Assembly: GCA_963924565.1 (NCBI GenBank)
Contig: OZ004610.1
Location: forward strand, 6,634,001 to 6,698,000
Length of the DNA: 64,000 bases
Source: Ascidiella aspersa
Taxonomy: Eukaryota
Reading direction: 5' to 3'
Positions 61,461-64,000 of the stretch are shown piece by piece; the stretch's first letter is position 1; every line of letters begins with the position of its first letter. The translations under genes were made by a program, and so were the position numbers. The notes beneath the pieces were generated by a model. The model did no database searches, had not been told where the DNA came from, and saw only the letters and a program-made list of their open reading frames with translations.

Positions 61461-63993
61461 ATGAAGTGGTCCTATTTGTTTGCACTTTTGTTCGTCTTGG
61501 TAGCTGTTGGTTCAGCGGAGGCTAATGAGAACACAGGTAACACTCGTGTTTTTCTTCGTTTAAATGTCAAACGGGTACTGGTCTAAAATCCTATCACAGC
61601 GTTCTAACAAAATTATTAAATAAACACACACTATTTGGGTTAAGGTTTCGGTTAGTATTTGGTTGTAGGTGGGTCAAATAATATTATGCTTAAATCTCCC
61701 AAACGATAACATGCACCCTAACCAAATTTTCCAAATATTCTTGGATTCTAGACCAGCACTGTATCTTTTGCTATGATAGGCTAATTAGGGTTAGTGTTTG
61801 GGTTTATTCTTCCTTACAATTTCACTTTTACAACTTCCTTTCCTTACTGTAAAAAATAGTGGGAGGATTCTAGACCAGCGCCAAAGTTTTCAGTCCAGTG
61901 CCAAACAGTTAGAAGCTAAACACTTTAAGTTAATTTAAAAACCTTTTAACTTAATCTATTTCAGAAAACAAGGAAGAGAAGTCGTGTTGTTCTGGATCGG
62001 ATCGACAGCTCACAGAAGATGATGAAAGTTTTGTTACCGTTGAAGATGAACCTGACATGGTCAAGAGATCTTTGTCAGATCAAGAAGCATTTGCTGAGAA
62101 AGTAGTAAAGCCAAAGGCTGAAGATCCACTCTCTTTTATTTCGGAACTTAACGACCCAAAGGCGAAGCGCTACAATGGCATGCAACATATTCCAGCGGGG
62201 ACCTTCACAATGGGTACCGACCAATTGATTACGAAAGATGGAGAGGGACCAGCAAGGCAGTAAGTTCAATGTTAAAATTTAACTTTTACAATGATTTTTT
62301 TCTCTTCTCTCTTTGGAACGATGATTATATCTATCTTATTGGAAGTAAATCCTAATTTATAATAATGGTGAGTATTTTAATCTCTACCAGAGTAACCTTG
62401 GATGAATACTACATCGACATGCATGAAGTGAGCAACATCGACTTTGCCCACTTTGTAAAAGACACCCAATATGTCACTGAAGCGGAGAAGTTTAAAAACT
62501 CATTTGTACTTGAAATGCTAATCAGCGAGAAAGTTCTGTCGAAAATAACCCAAGCAGTAGCTTCATCTCCTTGGTGGCTTCCTGTTGATGGGGCTGACTG
62601 GCTTCATCCAGCTGGGCCAGATACTGACATTAAAGACAGGTTGGTTTCATAGTGCCAACATATATATATATTGAATTGAGATGTGTTATTAGTACTAGTT
62701 TATTGTGATATATACACTATATTTTGGACAAAAAGTAATCGCAATCTAGCAGATACTAAAACAAGCAAAACAGGAGACGTTTAAATGCTTTTTGTCAAAG
62801 TTATAAGGCCAAAAATAAAAAGTTTAGTTAACTACAGTTCTTACGATTCTTGTTTTAATACATTTATTTTTTAAGATTGAATCCCTAGTATCAGACAAGT
62901 ATTGATAGTACTAATTGGCATTTAGTATGGGCTTTAATGCAATATTTTTCACATCTCAAAGTGCATATGGCTTTATTTAAAAGTTGTTGGTGAAAGGGCA
63001 TTTATAATAAAATAATTTTTAGAAATGAATTAAAACCTTTTATTCCATCAGTATTCAGCTTTACTTATTTTCTTTTATACGTAGCATTATGCTTAGGCGT
63101 GTCACTAATTACAATCTACGTGGATTGTTCAGTTTGGTATCCCAAACAACTAGGTATGACATTGCGTCTGCTCTGCCTTAATATCTTTTTAGCTGAGTTA
63201 TGTCCAGTCACGGCTTATTTGCACGCAATGACACATTTTACTGAACACTGTACTAAATTCCACAACTTAAGTTAATGATTTATTTCATTGTTTTGTAATT
63301 TAAATTAATGACCCTAGCCTAAACAGAGTTGTACCCCACATTTTAGACTTAACCACCCGGTTCTTCATGTGTCTTGGAACGATGCAGTGGAGTATTGTAA
63401 GTGGGCAGAAAAACGTTTGCCAACGGAAGCTGAGTGGGAAAGGGCAGCCAGAGGAGGTTTGGAAAATCGACTGTTTCCGTGGGGAAATAAACCCTATCCG
63501 AACAACAAGCACATGTATGTCAGTTCGGTAGTGATTTCGGTAATATTTTGAATCGTGATATTTGGCATGCTACAGGAAAATGTTGATTTTTAGTTATTTT
63601 GTAGTTTATAGTTCACGTTATTTAACTTGACAGTTAGTTTGAAAGAATAGTTTTCTTTAACATGTGTTTTTTTATTAGATTTGTTTTTATGCTTTAGCCA
63701 AGAATTGCGTTTTCCAAGCATCTAAGCTTAATTTGTGTAACAATATGGATTTCAAGCTTCTTCTAAACTAAACAACCGCCGCTTTTATTAAAGTGTTGTA
63801 ACACTTCAGGGTAAATATATGGCAAGGGAAGTTTCCGAAAGAGAACACGGCAGAGGACGGTTATGCCACAACTGCTCCTGTCGACTCATTTCCCCCTAAC
63901 AAGTTTGGCTTGTACAACACCATGGGAAATGTTTGGGAGTGGGTCCACGACTGGCACACTCTCAGACATTCACCGAAACCAGCTAAGAACCCT
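61461..63993 (+). CDS. SUMF1: Formylglycine-generating enzyme (sulfatase-modifying factor 1), 5' part. Exons: 61461-61536, 61965-62259, 62391-62639, 63347-63514, 63810-63993; continues beyond the window
   Basis: Signal peptide [21 protein letters not shown] and an N-terminal Cys pair. FGE motifs: [85 protein letters not shown]. Confidence 0.93.
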
Positions 63994-64000
63994 GTAAGTT

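Overview
AT-rich, intron-rich animal genomic DNA, probably an invertebrate and plausibly a tunicate, although the taxon cannot be proven from this window. All genes are on the + strand. (1) The 3' part of a myosin-VII-like gene that encodes one MyTH4-FERM module, has a GC-AG intron, and stops right after that FERM domain. (2) A complete 25-exon exportin-7 (XPO7/RanBP16) gene, 13102-53439, with one U12-type intron and a 15.6-kb intron 23 (36719-52328). (3) Inside that intron, a recent tandem array of effector-less C2H2 zinc-finger genes: a 17-finger gene, a 15-finger gene and a 3' stub. Their differences concentrate at DNA-contacting residues. (4) A zinc-finger relic and a 9-finger ZNF gene. 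(5) The 5' five exons of SUMF1. Introns hold many hAT-like and Merlin-like MITEs. They also hold several small fold-back insertions with minimal hammerhead-ribozyme motifs (Penelope-like/retrozyme-like), and degenerate upstream duplicates of XPO7's own splice acceptors. Exon boundaries were read by eye from splice signals, frame continuity and recalled similarity to known proteins. No searches were run.
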